Of a stretch of DNA of 64,000 nt, positions 12,701-28,556 are shown one piece after another. The stretch is from the human T2T-CHM13v2.0 reference genome, Homo sapiens: NCBI RefSeq assembly GCF_009914755.1, contig NC_060936.1. The stretch is one strand, 5' to 3'. Made by a program: the position numbers and the translations under genes. Numbering within the stretch: position 1 is the stretch's first letter; the number at the start of each line of letters is the position of its first letter. The notes below the pieces were generated by a model. The model worked only from the letters and a program-made list of their open reading frames with translations. It did no database searches and was not told where the DNA came from.

Positions 12701-13016
12701 CTTTTCAAAATACTTTGTAATGCCAGATAATAAGGTAATATGATTACCAGCTAACAGACTCCATTATAGTACACAGCACTGCTTTGGGTTCAGCCTGATA
12801 TTCCTCTTCTCACACTCTAGATGCTACTCTACTACTGATTTGTCTCTCTCTTTGTATTGTTAGTGTGCAGATTGACTGTATTTTGTGTGTTTAATTTTGT
12901 CCTGAAAAATTTTGTGAATTACGTTTAAGTTATTATTGGGTATCTGAAAAGTACGTATAAAATCAATGCTTTGTGAGCTCTGGAAAAAATATTGACTAAC
13001 TCATAAGGAGATTCAT
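12700..13016 (+). repeat. Direct duplication, copy 2
   Basis: Aligns to 10619-10937. Confidence 0.97.
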
Positions 13017-13564
13017 CATTGACAGAGGTAGTCAGTGGCCTACACTCATGTCACCATCACCACAAAATAGCACTGCTTCTCCAAACTGCATTTTTTTTCT
13101 GAAAGAGTAATTCCTTGTGGCAAGTGATATGCTCCATGAAAGCTGTATCAGTTAAGGTTTGAGCTTAACTGCATGTAACAAAACATCTAAACACATCAAT
13201 CTTCTAAGATACCTCCAAAGTTTTGACAAAAGTAAATTCAGAATAATTTTGGTCTTGGAGATGGAGATGAACATCTCCAGAAACAGACTAGAAACCCAAG
13301 ACAGAGAATAAAAGCAGCAAAATCCAGTGGGTGCCTGGGCTGTGGATCCAGAAGTAGGAGGTGCCAGCCAGGAACTTGGATTCTGTGTAGAACTACACCA
13401 TTCTAAAAGTAAACTCATAATCTAGCACCCTGAATCCAGGGTCTACTTCTAGGCCTGGGACTTAAATAGCTTGCTCTCTTTAATATGTGTAAAAGATGAC
13501 TTAAACAAATAGTAAATCTTTCATGTATACAAAGACAAACATAACCAGCCATTAGAATATAATC

Positions 13565-14868
<1,304 letters not shown>

Positions 14869-15193
14869 AAGTGGATTCTACTGGTGTTAGAATTTCTGGC
14901 CATGGTGATTATAAAAAGCAGATCAAATTTAAAGCAGTTTTTAAAATTTTTCTTTCAAAGACAATTTAACAGTCAATACACACCCTTATCGCCCGCACCC
15001 CAGGGCAGGCTACTCTCACTGCCCTCCAGATGCTATGCTACTGAAGGTGAGATTAATTTTATACACTTGTCAATAAGAATTTTAAATCTATTTAATATTC
15101 TCACAGATACATATGAAGTCATGGCACATTCACTAAAATGAACAAGAAATTACAAAACAAAGTAGGTAGAAGTGAAACAAGAATAGGTCTACA

Positions 15194-15944
<751 letters not shown>

Positions 15945-15969
15945 TTAGTGAATTGAAGAGTAGTACTAT

Positions 15970-16603
15970 TATTGAGACTCAGAAAACAATACCCCAAAAT
16001 GAAGGCATCAGAAGAAGCCTCAGAAGGAAAAGCTTTTCTTTAACCTTCTCCTGCCCTCCTGTCTCTCAGTCCCATTCTCTCCCAAGATTAGCCATAGAAA
16101 CTAGAATCCCTCTTCCCCAAGGTGGGCCATAGAAACCAGACTCCCTTGTCCCCAAAGCCAGCCATAAAACCTAAAAAATATGACTCTAACTTTCCCTCCA
16201 CCTTTCTGTGTAAAAACTGGCCCTGAAGAAATTATCTGACCTACATTGTTTGACTGTGGGTCATAAGATCCCATTCCAGAGAGGGTCTTTTCCCATACCC
16301 AGAAGAAGGAGTACTGCACAGAGAGGACAAGAAGAATCGAAATAGGCTATGCAAGGTTTCTTCACTCAGTCTATTAGTATTAGTTCATACCATTTTTTTG
16401 TCCAGTTATATTTCTACACAGCTGTCCATACTTCATTGAATCTAATGGACAGTTTCCCCTGAAGTTCTGTCTTCATTCTGAAAGCTCCCATGTACATGTT
16501 AATAAAACGTGTATGCCTTTTCTCAGATTAATCTGTCTTTTGTGGGTTAATTTTTCAGTGAAACTTCGAAGGGCAAAAGAGAGGTTTCCTCTTGGCTTCC
16601 ACA
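15970..16603 (+). mobile_element. ERV1 solo LTR (MER39/LTR29 group)
   Basis: ctcagaaaacaataccccaaaatgaaggc...AATAAA...cttggcttccaca. Confidence 0.75.
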
Positions 16604-16619
16604 CTGTGATAAAACTAGA

Positions 16620-19560
16620 TACTCAGCCCAAAGTGATAGAATAGTTAAGTTATTTGAAAGGTTGCTTGTGATACTCCAACAAATACCTAACGGGAATTCT
16701 TGATTATAAGAATGGAGAAAATAGTAGAAAAGTAGTCGTTAAATGGCAAATAAGCAACATTTTTTTCCAAATTAATGACACACATTCTCAGATTAAAAGT
16801 TTACTGTAAGTTTTTGCAGGATCAATAAAATTAAATTTACATCTAAACATGTTGTATTGAAACCTAAGAACATCAAATACACAAACAAAAATGCTTAGAA
16901 AGTTACCAGAGTGAATTCAAAGTACCACCTTCAACAAAAAAACAATTACAATTAACACACACCTCATTAAAAACAAAAAGAAATATCTGAAAGTGGTGAG
17001 GGATAATAGTTGTGAAACTAAGATATTGTAACTTGTTGAGTTATAAGTTATGTGCACAGGTAAAATAGATATATTTTTAGTCACAGCATGTCTAAGAGAG
17101 TTAACTCAAAAAAAGTGAAACCAGGAAATAGGAAACAATGTTGAGTACATAAACTGATAAAATATTTTTAAAGTTAAATATAAATTAGTGATATTTTAAT
17201 TTTTAAGTATACCTAAGATTCAGAATACAACTGCAAAAATATTTCTGTTCTTGTACGTTGTAAGAATATAAAATGATTTAAAATATATCATCAAATTTTA
17301 AAATTAAGCAGTCGTATTTCAAGAGGTAACCAAAAATTAAAAATACAATCTATAGCTCCCAGAGCAGCATGGGAAAATCAGGACAAAGGGAGATGAGGGG
17401 ATGACAAAATTATATCAAGCTACAAGAAGGCAAGAAAAGTCCATATATTATTAATTAATCACAAGATAGGTGAGCAATAAATTTACTTATTAAAAGAGTT
17501 TATACAGATTATTAGATTAGCAATCCAGTTGCATTTTACTTATGTTCAAAAAAATCCAGGATTATTTATATTGAAACTACAGGAAAGTTCAGTATGATTG
17601 CTAGGTCAAAATAAACAGTTAATATTTTTTCTGTATACCAGTAAAGATCTAACTAGGAAATATAGTTTTAGAATACTGTTCATAGAATTTTACATTTCTT
17701 AAAAGTAAATCTAGCAAAATATGCGAGATCACATGAAAAAGTTATGAAATATTGAGAAGCATAAGACAGCATTCCAATAAATGGAAATTACAATGTTCTT
17801 ATGAACAGAAAGACTCAATATCTTGAAGATGTTAATCTGTAAATCCAATTAATCTATAAATCCAATGCAATTCAAATAAAAAAAAACAGGAATTTTCATG
17901 AATAGAACAAGCTGACCCAAGAAAGCATTGCCATGTACGAAAGACCAAGAACAGCTAAAGTAATTTTGAAAAACAACCAAATATAATAACTTTTTTCCTG
18001 AAAAGCATCAAAATATGCTATTAAAATTTCATTGTAATTAAAACAATTTTACTTAGACCAATATACTGAAGGAACAGAAAAGTGAGACTGGAAATAAACC
18101 CTCATATGAATGGAAAGTGAAGTATGAATGAGATAGCATTACCAATCAGTGTGGAAGCAGTGGTTAACTCAAAACAATATTGCCAAGGTAATTGGCTAAA
18201 CAGTAATGTACCAAATAGAAAAAAGCATTAAAATAGATAGATTCTAATCTTGTTGTAAACCTGTGTGAAGACACACATGCATAAGCATGTACAAAATTTA
18301 TAACTGATTAAAAGCTTAGAAAAACATTGAATATTTTAGGAAAAAGGATAACATGTTTATTATTTTAAGAGAAAATTCTTCAATAGCAAGCATCATTTTT
18401 AAGACTTCATACCACCAAAATAAATGTGAATTAAGAGTTAGGAGAAGCTAAAAATGTCAAGAAGATTTTTAACCAACAAAGGAAGAGCATCCAGAATAAA
18501 TTTAGAACACTCTCCAATTATAAACATATAGACATGGCCCCAAATAAGAACATTTGGAAAATGGACAACAGTAAAGCAAATTGGCAATCCATGTAAGCAA
18601 AACATAATTGACCAAGAAATACCTAAAAAGAAGCTAAGCACAAAAGAAAAACTATTTATTTCACCCATCAAAGTGGCAATATACAAAATGCTAACAAAAA
18701 TAAGTGCTGGTGAAAAAATGGAGAAATGCCTTCATTGCTGATGCATGTGCTCATTGATAATTTCAAAGCACAAATAGACAAATTGGTAAATCGAAAAAAA
18801 AGTTATCTTCCTACCTAGCAATTCCATTTAGAGTTGTGCTCCTGAGAAATTCTACAACTCACACACGTACAGACATATTGCAATGCTTATTACAGTATTT
18901 TTTACAAGAAAAATTAGAAACAAGCTGGGCATGGTGGCTCTTGCCTATAATACTAGCACTTTGGGAGGCTGAGACAGGAGGATAGCTTGAGCTCAGGAGG
19001 TTAAGACCAGCATGGGGAAGATAGTGAGACCCCATCTCTACAAAAAATAGAAGTAAAAAAATTAGCCAGGTGTATGTGTGCTTGCAGTCCCAGCTACTCA
19101 GGAAACTGAGGTAGAAGGATCACTTGAGCCTGGGAGGTCAAGGCTGCAGTGAGCAGTGATCATGTCCCTGCACTTCAGCCTGAGTGACAAAGCAAGATCC
19201 CAACCCAAGAAAAAAAAACTGGAAACACCCAAAATATCCATTATCAGAAGATTAAATAAGTCAATTTTTATATGTTTACATATAAAAATACCAAACAGCA
19301 TTTAATGTGAGTGAATTACAGTTAAATTAGAGTTAAATATGTCAACATGAATAGATCTCAAAAGCATAATATAGAGTAAAAGAAATTAATCACAAAATCA
19401 TAAGTGTAATATAGTTCTTAAAAAATAGAAATTGAAAACATGCCAATTTTATATCTTGCTTATGAATTCTTTCATATGTAAAATAGTATAAAATACTGAA
19501 AAATATTTTTAAAATTCCATTTGGGAAGGAATAAGTCATGCAAGGAGAATTATACAAAAG
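16620..19560 (+). mobile_element. Degraded old L1M (ORF2/3' region) interrupted by an Alu
   Basis: A-rich; agaaagactcaatatcttgaagatgt, aatgcaattcaaat, cctagcaattcca and similar L1M motifs. Confidence 0.75.
18923..19218 (+). mobile_element. AluJ
   Basis: Dimer; near-TSD aaaaattagaaaca/aaaaactggaaaca. Confidence 0.9.
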
Positions 19561-19580
19561 GCTTGAAGAAGATTCGTCAT

Positions 19581-20009
19581 TGTTATGGGTTGCCTTTTGT
19601 TCCTCCTAAATTCATATGTTGAAGTCCTAAGCCCCAGTACCTCAAAATGTGATTAAATGAAACTGGTTAAATTAAGATGAGGTCATAACAAATAGGGTGA
19701 TCTCTTAATCCGATATATGTAGTGTCCTCATAAAAAGGAAAATTTTGGACATGGACACACACACACAAACACACACATACGAAGAATGCCATGTGAAGAT
19801 TGGCATTTCACTTCAGCAAGGCAACAAACTCCTGGCAGCTAGGAGACATACCTAGAGCAAATACTTTCCTAGCACCTTCAAACAAGGATGGTTCTGCCGA
19901 CATCTTAATTTCAAACTTCTGGTTTCTAGAATCGTAAGATGACAAATTTCTGTTGTTCAAGTCACTCAGTCTATGGTACCTTTTCAGGAAGCCCTAGTAA
20001 ATTAATACA
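19581..20009 (+). mobile_element. MLT1 (B/C-like) MaLR solo LTR
   Basis: tgttatgggttg...aaattcatatgttgaagtcctaa...gccctagtaaattaataca. Confidence 0.85.
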
Positions 20010-20851
20010 GTAATGTTTTAAAATGTATTTAAAATTATCTATGGCAATTATTGTAAACATTTTTAAATTGATAAACTGTAGACTTACTCTCTATAGTTTT
20101 CTCTGAACTTGAAGTTTTCATGATTTTGAAAAGTAAAAGGAAAGTGAATTCCAATCTAAAGGAATAATTAATAAAATGGAAAAGTTGAACAAAGATGTTA
20201 ATCTGAGGAAGCTAGAATATGAGTATTAAAAAGTCAGCTTTATGACAGGCAGGAGAAAAGTTGTAAAAATGTGTACACACAGGATTAGTAAACAGAAACA
20301 CAATACAATCAAAATCATTATTTAATTTTAGGAAGCAACTGAAAATTCAATTAATAGGAAAGATTTATAAGCAGAAAACATATAAAAATGGATTATGTCA
20401 AGGTATAAAAAGTTTTTTAAGGAATAATGATACGATTAGCAAAATTGTATTCTAATATACTTAAATATCTTGAGAAAGAGGATTTTTTTAACTGTATAAT
20501 ATCGGATATATAATTTTTTTAAACTATAAAACATCTGATGTACATCCAGGAGAAAAATCTTAAAAGTCCTATTCTATAAATGTGTAAAATTTGTATCATA
20601 TTATTCATGAAAGGAAAATATGAAATTTTTATAAAATAATAAAAGGCATACATTACCTAAATACAAATTGAAATAATGAAATATATTGTCACCTATAATC
20701 CTTTGCTTCAATGAAACCTATGGAGGCATGGAAATCTTAGGTAGTGTAGTTGGTTGGATCCCTACCAGGAAATGGGAGATGATAAAGGATTTTGATATTA
20801 CGAAAGTAGAAACATTACTCTGAAAAAGTCCTCAGTACATTGTTTTGTAAA

Positions 20852-21201
20852 TACATATATATATATACACACATACACATTTATACAAACACACACACAT
20901 ACATATATACAGATATGTATATATTTGTGTGTACATATACACACATGTATATGTGTGTACATATGTGTGCATATATACATATGTGCATCTATACATATGT
21001 ATATACATGTGCGTATTTGTGCATATATAGGTATATACATATACCTATATATGTACATATGTATGTGTGTGTATATGTATGTGCATATATATGTACTATT
21101 GTGTGTGTCTATATGTGTGTGTTGTGTATATATGTACATATGTATATATGTCTCTATGTGTGTGTATGCATGTGTGTATATATATATATATATATATACA
21201 C
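20852..21201. repeat. Complex TA/CA/TG alternating purine-pyrimidine repeat
   Basis: Direct reading; source of four spurious ORFs. Confidence 0.95.
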
Positions 21202-21239
21202 AAATGGATATTGATGGCAAAGTTGTAGGTAAAATGTAA

Positions 21240-21700
21240 GTTTATTACACGGTTGGGCAGAATGGACATTGAGAAACTCTTAGAAAAACAATTTTGCAAA
21301 GTTATCAAAAACCTTCAAAATATTCTCTTTCCTTCAATAAATCTGTTTCATGGAATTCAGTCTAAGGAAATAATCAGAAATTTAAAAAATGTTTTGTCAA
21401 CTATGGTCATCATCTACAATAGTAAAAACCAGAAATCAACAACTGGAAAATTACTATGTAAATTATGGTGTAGCACATTATGCAATCTTTTAAATAAACT
21501 TGATTGAGAGCTTTAATGATGTAAAAAATGCTTATGATATAGCATGATTCAGTTTTTCTAATTTTATACAGAGAATGAAATAAACTATGTGAACAATAAT
21601 TGGAGAAGGGAAACACCAAAGTATGAAGACTGCATATCTTCAAGTGGTGGTCTAATGGTCCATTTTTATTTTTTTGTTGATATTGGCATTTTTTTTTATA
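21240..21700 (+). mobile_element. L1ME-like 3' remnant
   Basis: ggaattcagtctaaggaaataatcaga...taaattatggt...atgcttatgatat. Confidence 0.55.
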
Positions 21701-22119
21701 TTTCCCGTCTTCTCGAAAACAATGTATTATGTTGCAGTCATGAAACACAATTTTGAAAAGGTGACTTTTAATTTTTCATCGATGTTAACCTTTGTCTTGT
21801 TATGAAATACTTCAATTCAACAAATATTGTTAGGTATCTACAACTGCACTAGGCAAAAAGTGTTAGGAAAATGAATTCGACAGGAACTCTTCAGACATGT
21901 TAGCAATCTAGTTACCATAAAGGCATTAAGCGATAAAAAGTAATTTTAAGGGCTTATCATCTCTTGCCTGGATTATTATAACAGACTCTCACTGCATCTC
22001 TGTCTCCTGTATCCCACCCTTCAGTTTATTTTCTGCACCATTGCCAGAATGCTCTGTCTAAAGCACAAATTCAATCATGCCTTTTGCTTCCTAAACTTAT
22101 TTGGCTCCCCTTGGTCTGA

Positions 22120-22272
22120 AGCACTGATTCTCAACCATGACTGCACATTAAAATCGCCCTGGTGAGTTTTTTAAAAGCTCCAGTGCCCAGACCTTCCTCC
22201 CCACCATAAAGCCATGCAGTTCCTGATTTAATTAGTCTTGGGCAGCACCAAAGCATCTATTTTTCAAAGCTC
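22120..22272. mobile_element. MER5-type hAT/Charlie DNA transposon within L2 remnants
   Basis: ttctcaaccatgactgcacattaaaatcgccctgg...ctgatttaattagtct. Confidence 0.65.
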
Positions 22273-23349
22273 ACAGAATTAAGCATCTTAGAATGGCATA
22301 TAATGTCATTCTATGGAAAGGTTGAGGCTATGTTTCCAGCCATTTCTTACCACTTTTTCGAAGTGAACTCTGAATTTTAGGCTGTTCTTTGAAAATGTAA
22401 CAATATTTCACAACTCTGTTTTTACCTATGATTTTTCTTTCCATTGTCACCTAGAGTTCTCCCACTTATCCTTCAAAATTCTATCCAGTCAGTCACTGAG
22501 GTAGCCTTCTCTGTCTTCTCTAAGGCAGAGGTAGGTGCTCTATCCACAGTAGGGGAAGAAGCAGCCCACATACAGGTAAACATGGAGAGATTCAGTCCTG
22601 CAGCACAGTGAGCCACTACAAAAAAATAGGAGGTGATAGAAGATTTTGACATTCCAAAGGTAGAATCATCACTTGGTAGAGCCCTCAGTATACTGTTTGG
22701 TATATGTTCTTTTACGTTTCTTTCTCCCACACCATACTGGAAGCCCTTTGAAGGCAAGGATGTTATCATGTTGTTCTTTATGTATCTTAGCACTTAGTCC
22801 AATGTCAGGAAGTTTGTAGGTACTCAACCAAGGTTTTTTAAAATAAATATAACAAATAACCATTAATCCAGTATATGATAAATGCCAAATGTATGGTACA
22901 GAATGAAATATGGTAGGAATTCGAAGGAGAGCAAGATTTCTGGGCAAAGCCTCCATTGCATCACAGTACAAGGGGAAGCTTTGGGTTCACTTCGAATGAA
23001 GTGCCATTTGCTAGGTGGGTGACTATAAACAAATTACTTAATCTTTCTAAGGCTTCATTTTCCCAAGTGTTGTGAGGATAGCCATCCTGATTTCACAGGT
23101 TGTCTGGAAAGTGTGTAATGGGCCTGGCAGATACAGGTGGTCAGTGAATGTTGGCTCCTGTCACTCTTATTTATTGTTTATTCCAATGTAATTTAGATTT
23201 TCTCTCCCAGCTAGATGCTCCTTGGAAGCAGAGACAATGTCTTACTTACAAGTGCTATTTCATAGTATAGAGCAATACTTACCACAAAGCAAATGCTCAA
23301 TAGTTTTTGAAATAAAGAGAAATCATATAAGGTTGAAGGTTGAGTTGAA

Positions 23350-23779
<430 letters not shown>

Positions 23780-26700
23780 TCAACTCAGTGAATGAAGGAG
23801 ATGATTCAAGTAAGAGATTTAGTGAAAGAGTGTTCAGAAAAGAAGGGTAAGCCCTTGTTGTGAAACAATAAAAATATAAGGATTTGAGCTATTATTCGTT
23901 ATATAACAGGGAGCCATAGAAGCATTTCAAGCAGAAATATAACATGCTCTTTAGCTCAAGGTCCAAGATAATTTCTAAGATGTGTGTAGGGTGAAAGGGA
24001 GGTAAAACACATTTTAAGCATTCAGAACACTTGCAAGAAATATCATTAGTATTAATTATTTATGTTTTATACTCCTGAAATAAAGTGATCTCAAAAGAAA
24101 TAAACATGAAGCATTGGACAATTAATATTACATGATAGATTTATAGGCTATGATAGGGAAAGACATAAGGAGCATGCAAAATAAGAAAATTGAAAAATAA
24201 GCTTGGGAACTGAGAGGGAAGATAAATTCAGCATTAGACAAGTGGTGGTTGCATATCCAAATAAATGACCAGTAGGCATTTGGGGAGGTGGGACTGGATG
24301 GACTCTGTAATTACACAATTATCACCTAGTTAATAAGTTACAAAATCAGAGTAGATGAGGATGCTGATTCAAAATGAAAAAGACAATGGGAGCGGCCAAA
24401 GTTTGTCTCAGGAGGACAAACTAATAGATGTTAGGAATCAAAGAAAAACCTTTGTATGTTTTGCAGAATTCTGATCTTTGTTTTGTTTTGTTTTGTAACT
24501 AGAAACAATGCTACAGGGAAAAGCTAAGTCCCATCTTTGGATCCATTTAAGGCAATCATTTTAGGAAGATAATTTGATAAATGATTTCCCATCATGTATA
24601 TTTAAAGCTAGAACACGGAATTCTGCCGTGATGATCCATGATTTACTTCCCAAAAACCACATAATGACTTTTTAATATTCATATGGGTAAAAGTTAATAA
24701 TGAGTTAATAATGATGTTCCTTAAGTTTATCTGCTATAAAATAATTATAATTACATAGAAATTTTACCATATACTTTACAGATAATTCATAGTAAATTTC
24801 CCTTTATATAAATGAAATGACAGCAGTATTATCATTTTAATCTGAAATAATTATGAATTATTCAAAAGGTACCATTTTCAGCATTCAGTGCAGCATCAGT
24901 GCCTTTGATCTGGATGAACTGATGGGTATTCTATCCTTTACAAATTAATCTCCAATTACAAGTTCCTCCTTGGGATGTGGGTGCTGATAATTTTAATAAG
25001 GAACCATGGAATGGGTTATTTCATTACTACTTGGATATAGTAGACTTTCATGGACTTTCAAATGTAGGGCTTTTTAAAATAAAATTCAAAGTAGCCCAGA
25101 ACAACTGGATATGTTACTTAAAAGTAAGTTACTCAAATGAAAATATCTTTTCTGTGCACACGTTCATGTCAGCTTGAAAATTAAATGCCTAGATATTTCC
25201 TACTGGAATCAATACTCTATCATTTCTTTTTCTCTTTTCAAAAAGATTATATCCTTTAAAAATGAAATACTACTAAAACCTCCTGTGTAATATTGGAGTG
25301 TTTTTTATAAAAACAAACAAAAAAAGGCAATTGAAAATTTTAAGCTTACAAACATAGGCTACATAACACAGAATTGGTCCTTAAGTTTCTTAAATTTATA
25401 AAAAATGGTAAAGAGAGAAATAGAGAAAATTTTCTCTGAATTGGACAGTGTGTGCAATCCCAGTTGCATAGAAAATTGTCTTAGACTGGAAGCTGCTTTG
25501 ACAAACACAAAAGACTCCTGCTTAAACGCCAGGAGACTCTGCCAATCTACCCATAGTACTGCAGTTAGCTGACAGACAGATATTAAACAAAGTTCCTTCA
25601 CTCTGTGACTTCCTGTTGATATGCTTCATAAACACCTTTCTTCCTAAAACAATGGGCAAAGAAAAACCTGGAAGCCTTCTTTGCAATTCATACATGATAA
25701 TGTTGACAGTCCTAATCCTAGCTCCTCCTTAAGGGTGTTTGTCCGTCAACTATCAAACTGTAAAATACAGTTTACATCATAAAATTTCTGCTTCCACACA
25801 TGCAAGTCACTGGTGAATCAGTAAACATGAAAATCTCCTAGATTTTGAGATAAATAGTAGAAACATGAATAAAAGCCTTATGTAGCAAGATCCCATTGGA
25901 AAAATGTTTAGGAACTAGGGCGAAACTAATCCTCATTAATGATTTTAATTAAGTCTCTAACCGTCAATTTATTTTCATTGCTGTTAAGTGAACAGATAGA
26001 TGCCCAGAGGCAGAGACTGTTCTTGTAAGTACTGTGGCTATGAGTTTTGTGAGAGATTCCCATAAACCCTGCTCTGTGCTGGTACCTTCCACTTCCCTTC
26101 ACCGATGGTCCTCTCAGGAATGTCCAGCTTACTCAGTGTTTAATGGGCCTCTACTTTGAAAGTGATGTCACAGGGGATTCAAGGAACCATCTTCCTCACA
26201 TCTTACCTGGAGAAAGTAATGTTATATAACAGATTCTACTTTCATCCAAGCACAAAGGAAAAATGATTTCCCATACTTAAACAAGAAAGTCATCTAGATG
26301 GGGGATGGTGGGAGTGAGGAAGAAAGATGCACTCACTCCCTCCTGGCATGACATCAGGGTAGGAGCCCACCGAGCTGGGGCCCTTAAGAGGAGCCCTCAT
26401 TGTCACTTGCCTCCCACACATTACTAAATAGTTTTTTTTACATATGCAAAGCAGGTATCTTTCATTTTTTTTCCCAAGAAATAAAGGTCAACTATGTTGG
26501 AGAGAATATCAGCGTTCTCAGGTAGCTGCTCTTTGATAAAAGAAAAATAATTTTGTATATTTTTCTTTTATTTGTCTTAAAATTTTTACTTCTGCATCTC
26601 AGAGATGTTTGCCTTCTGAGCAAACCTAAAGCTACTAGGGCTGAACCAGTTAAAGAGTAGAATATGTATAAGCATTTTTGTTTTCTCTATTTCACATTAC

Positions 26701-28004
26701 TGATCTAATTCACAAATACCCTAAACTTACAATAGAGAAAAATTAGCAATAGGAGAAATATTTTATAGGAAATCTTTTGCAATACATTCTATAAAATCCC
26801 CTAACTGGTAAAAGACTAGCTGGTCTTGAAAAAAATTGGAGGGGGGGAATCAGAATTGGGAAAATAAAATATCTCCATAGAAGCAAAGGCAACTGTACTG
26901 TATTCCATAACTATGTAAAGCAGGATTAAAAGCAGACTGGAGTTGAATTTGAAATAATTGATCCATATTCTTGAGATACCACTACTGAATATTTATCAAA
27001 TGTTTTATCTCTAAAGGGTACATTTACTTTTTTCCTGAAAAATTCAGGTAGTCTCATCACCAAGCAGACTAAAATGATAAGCTAGCAAAGGCAAGCCTAT
27101 TCTTTCTCACTTCATTGGCTAAGCAAAATCCTAAATGAATGCCAACTCTCAAAGTAGTCACTTTCTCCTTAGTTTTAGAACTTCGTAACCTGGACTTTTC
27201 CTGACACCATAAGGACTACAAGAGCACTGCTTTATACTGTTATTAATGCCTTCCTAATTGCTCATCTAGAATCTGACCTTAACATAACCAAATCTTTGGG
27301 GATCAGAGCAGGTTTGAGATCCCCCTAAAAAGTCAAGGTGAAGTGAATAATCAAGGAAAGTTGAGAGGACAGCCCTTCCTACCCCATCCCTTTTACACAG
27401 CTCAAGAAAGGTTGTTAGTACTGTGAACCAAGGACTCACAATTTTATTGGCCATTATGCTTATAGGATGAGTTTTGTGTACAAAGGGGTAAAAATCCAAG
27501 GGTATATAGGGATGCTGTCTCTTCTTTGCAGCAATTTTTAAAAGGAAGTTGGGGAAATAAAATGAGGATAGAGAGAATTGTTTTCCCTTACAGAAGGCTA
27601 GTTATTTTATTGTCTATCTTCGCTCTCTCTTTGTTTCTCTTTCTCTCTCTTCTCTTTCATTCCCATACTACCTTCAAAATAGAATGGATCCTGAAGGTTT
27701 TCTCAAGGCCTTTGAGGAGGAATGCTCTGTCTAGTTTTCCCTCTACCCCACCCCACACGGTTTTATCTTTTTAATTTTTTTTTTCATAAGAAGACAAACA
27801 AATTCTCTTGGGGAAGACCATTTCCTTATGGAACTGCCTTGAGAATTGAATACAAAGGCACAGCATGGAATAAAAACCATTCTGTGCACATAATTTTCCC
27901 CATGATTATTTTTCTATTGGGAAACTTATGTAGGTATCTGGTTAATTTAGAACAAGTCTAAATAGTATGACTTCATTTAAATTTCAGCTTCCTCATGATG
28001 ATAT

Positions 28005-28555
28005 TTGTACCAAGAGCCTGGGCCTGGACTCAGGCTTGGTGCTCTACTCCACTGTGGCCAAACTGATACCCAGGATGCAAGACAGAGTCTCCCTTATTAT
28101 TTCCCCAGGTTTTCTAAAACAGAAAGACTCTTTCACCATGGCCACCATAGCTGTGAATGTGCTGCGTCACACCTGAAGCCAGCACATATCACAGACCAAG
28201 GCCCACAGTGTATTACTAGTCATCACTGTTATTCAGGGTCCAGGGGCTCTTTAGTCAGTAGGTCATGAATCCTACCAGGTCTTTGCTGTGACAGGGCAGA
28301 ACTGAGTTCAATGTGAAGTACCCCGGTTGCTGCACTCTCCCTCTTCCAAGTGCACATACTTCTCCGTGCCACCTGGCTGCTGCAAGGGTGTGGGGGGAAG
28401 GGATGGAAAAAGCACTCCCAGCTGGTGTCTCAGTATGTCACATGCCCCCGGTCCACTGGTCCTGTACCCAGCTCAGCTCTAGGACTTGCCTAGGAGTTGC
28501 AGTCCTTGTGGCCTAAGCCTGCAAAAAAATGTTCACCTACAGTCCCAGAGCACTC
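28005..28555 (-). mobile_element. Isolated L1 (L1M/L1MA-type) 5'UTR fragment
   Basis: ctgtggccaaactgatacccaggatgcaagacagagtc...tgtgctgcgtcacacctgaagccagca. Confidence 0.7.
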
Positions 28556-28556
28556 T

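Noticed and set aside
20798-21308. Four overlapping ORFs rich in Y/I/C/V/H/T
   Set aside because: Artefacts of the dinucleotide repeat.
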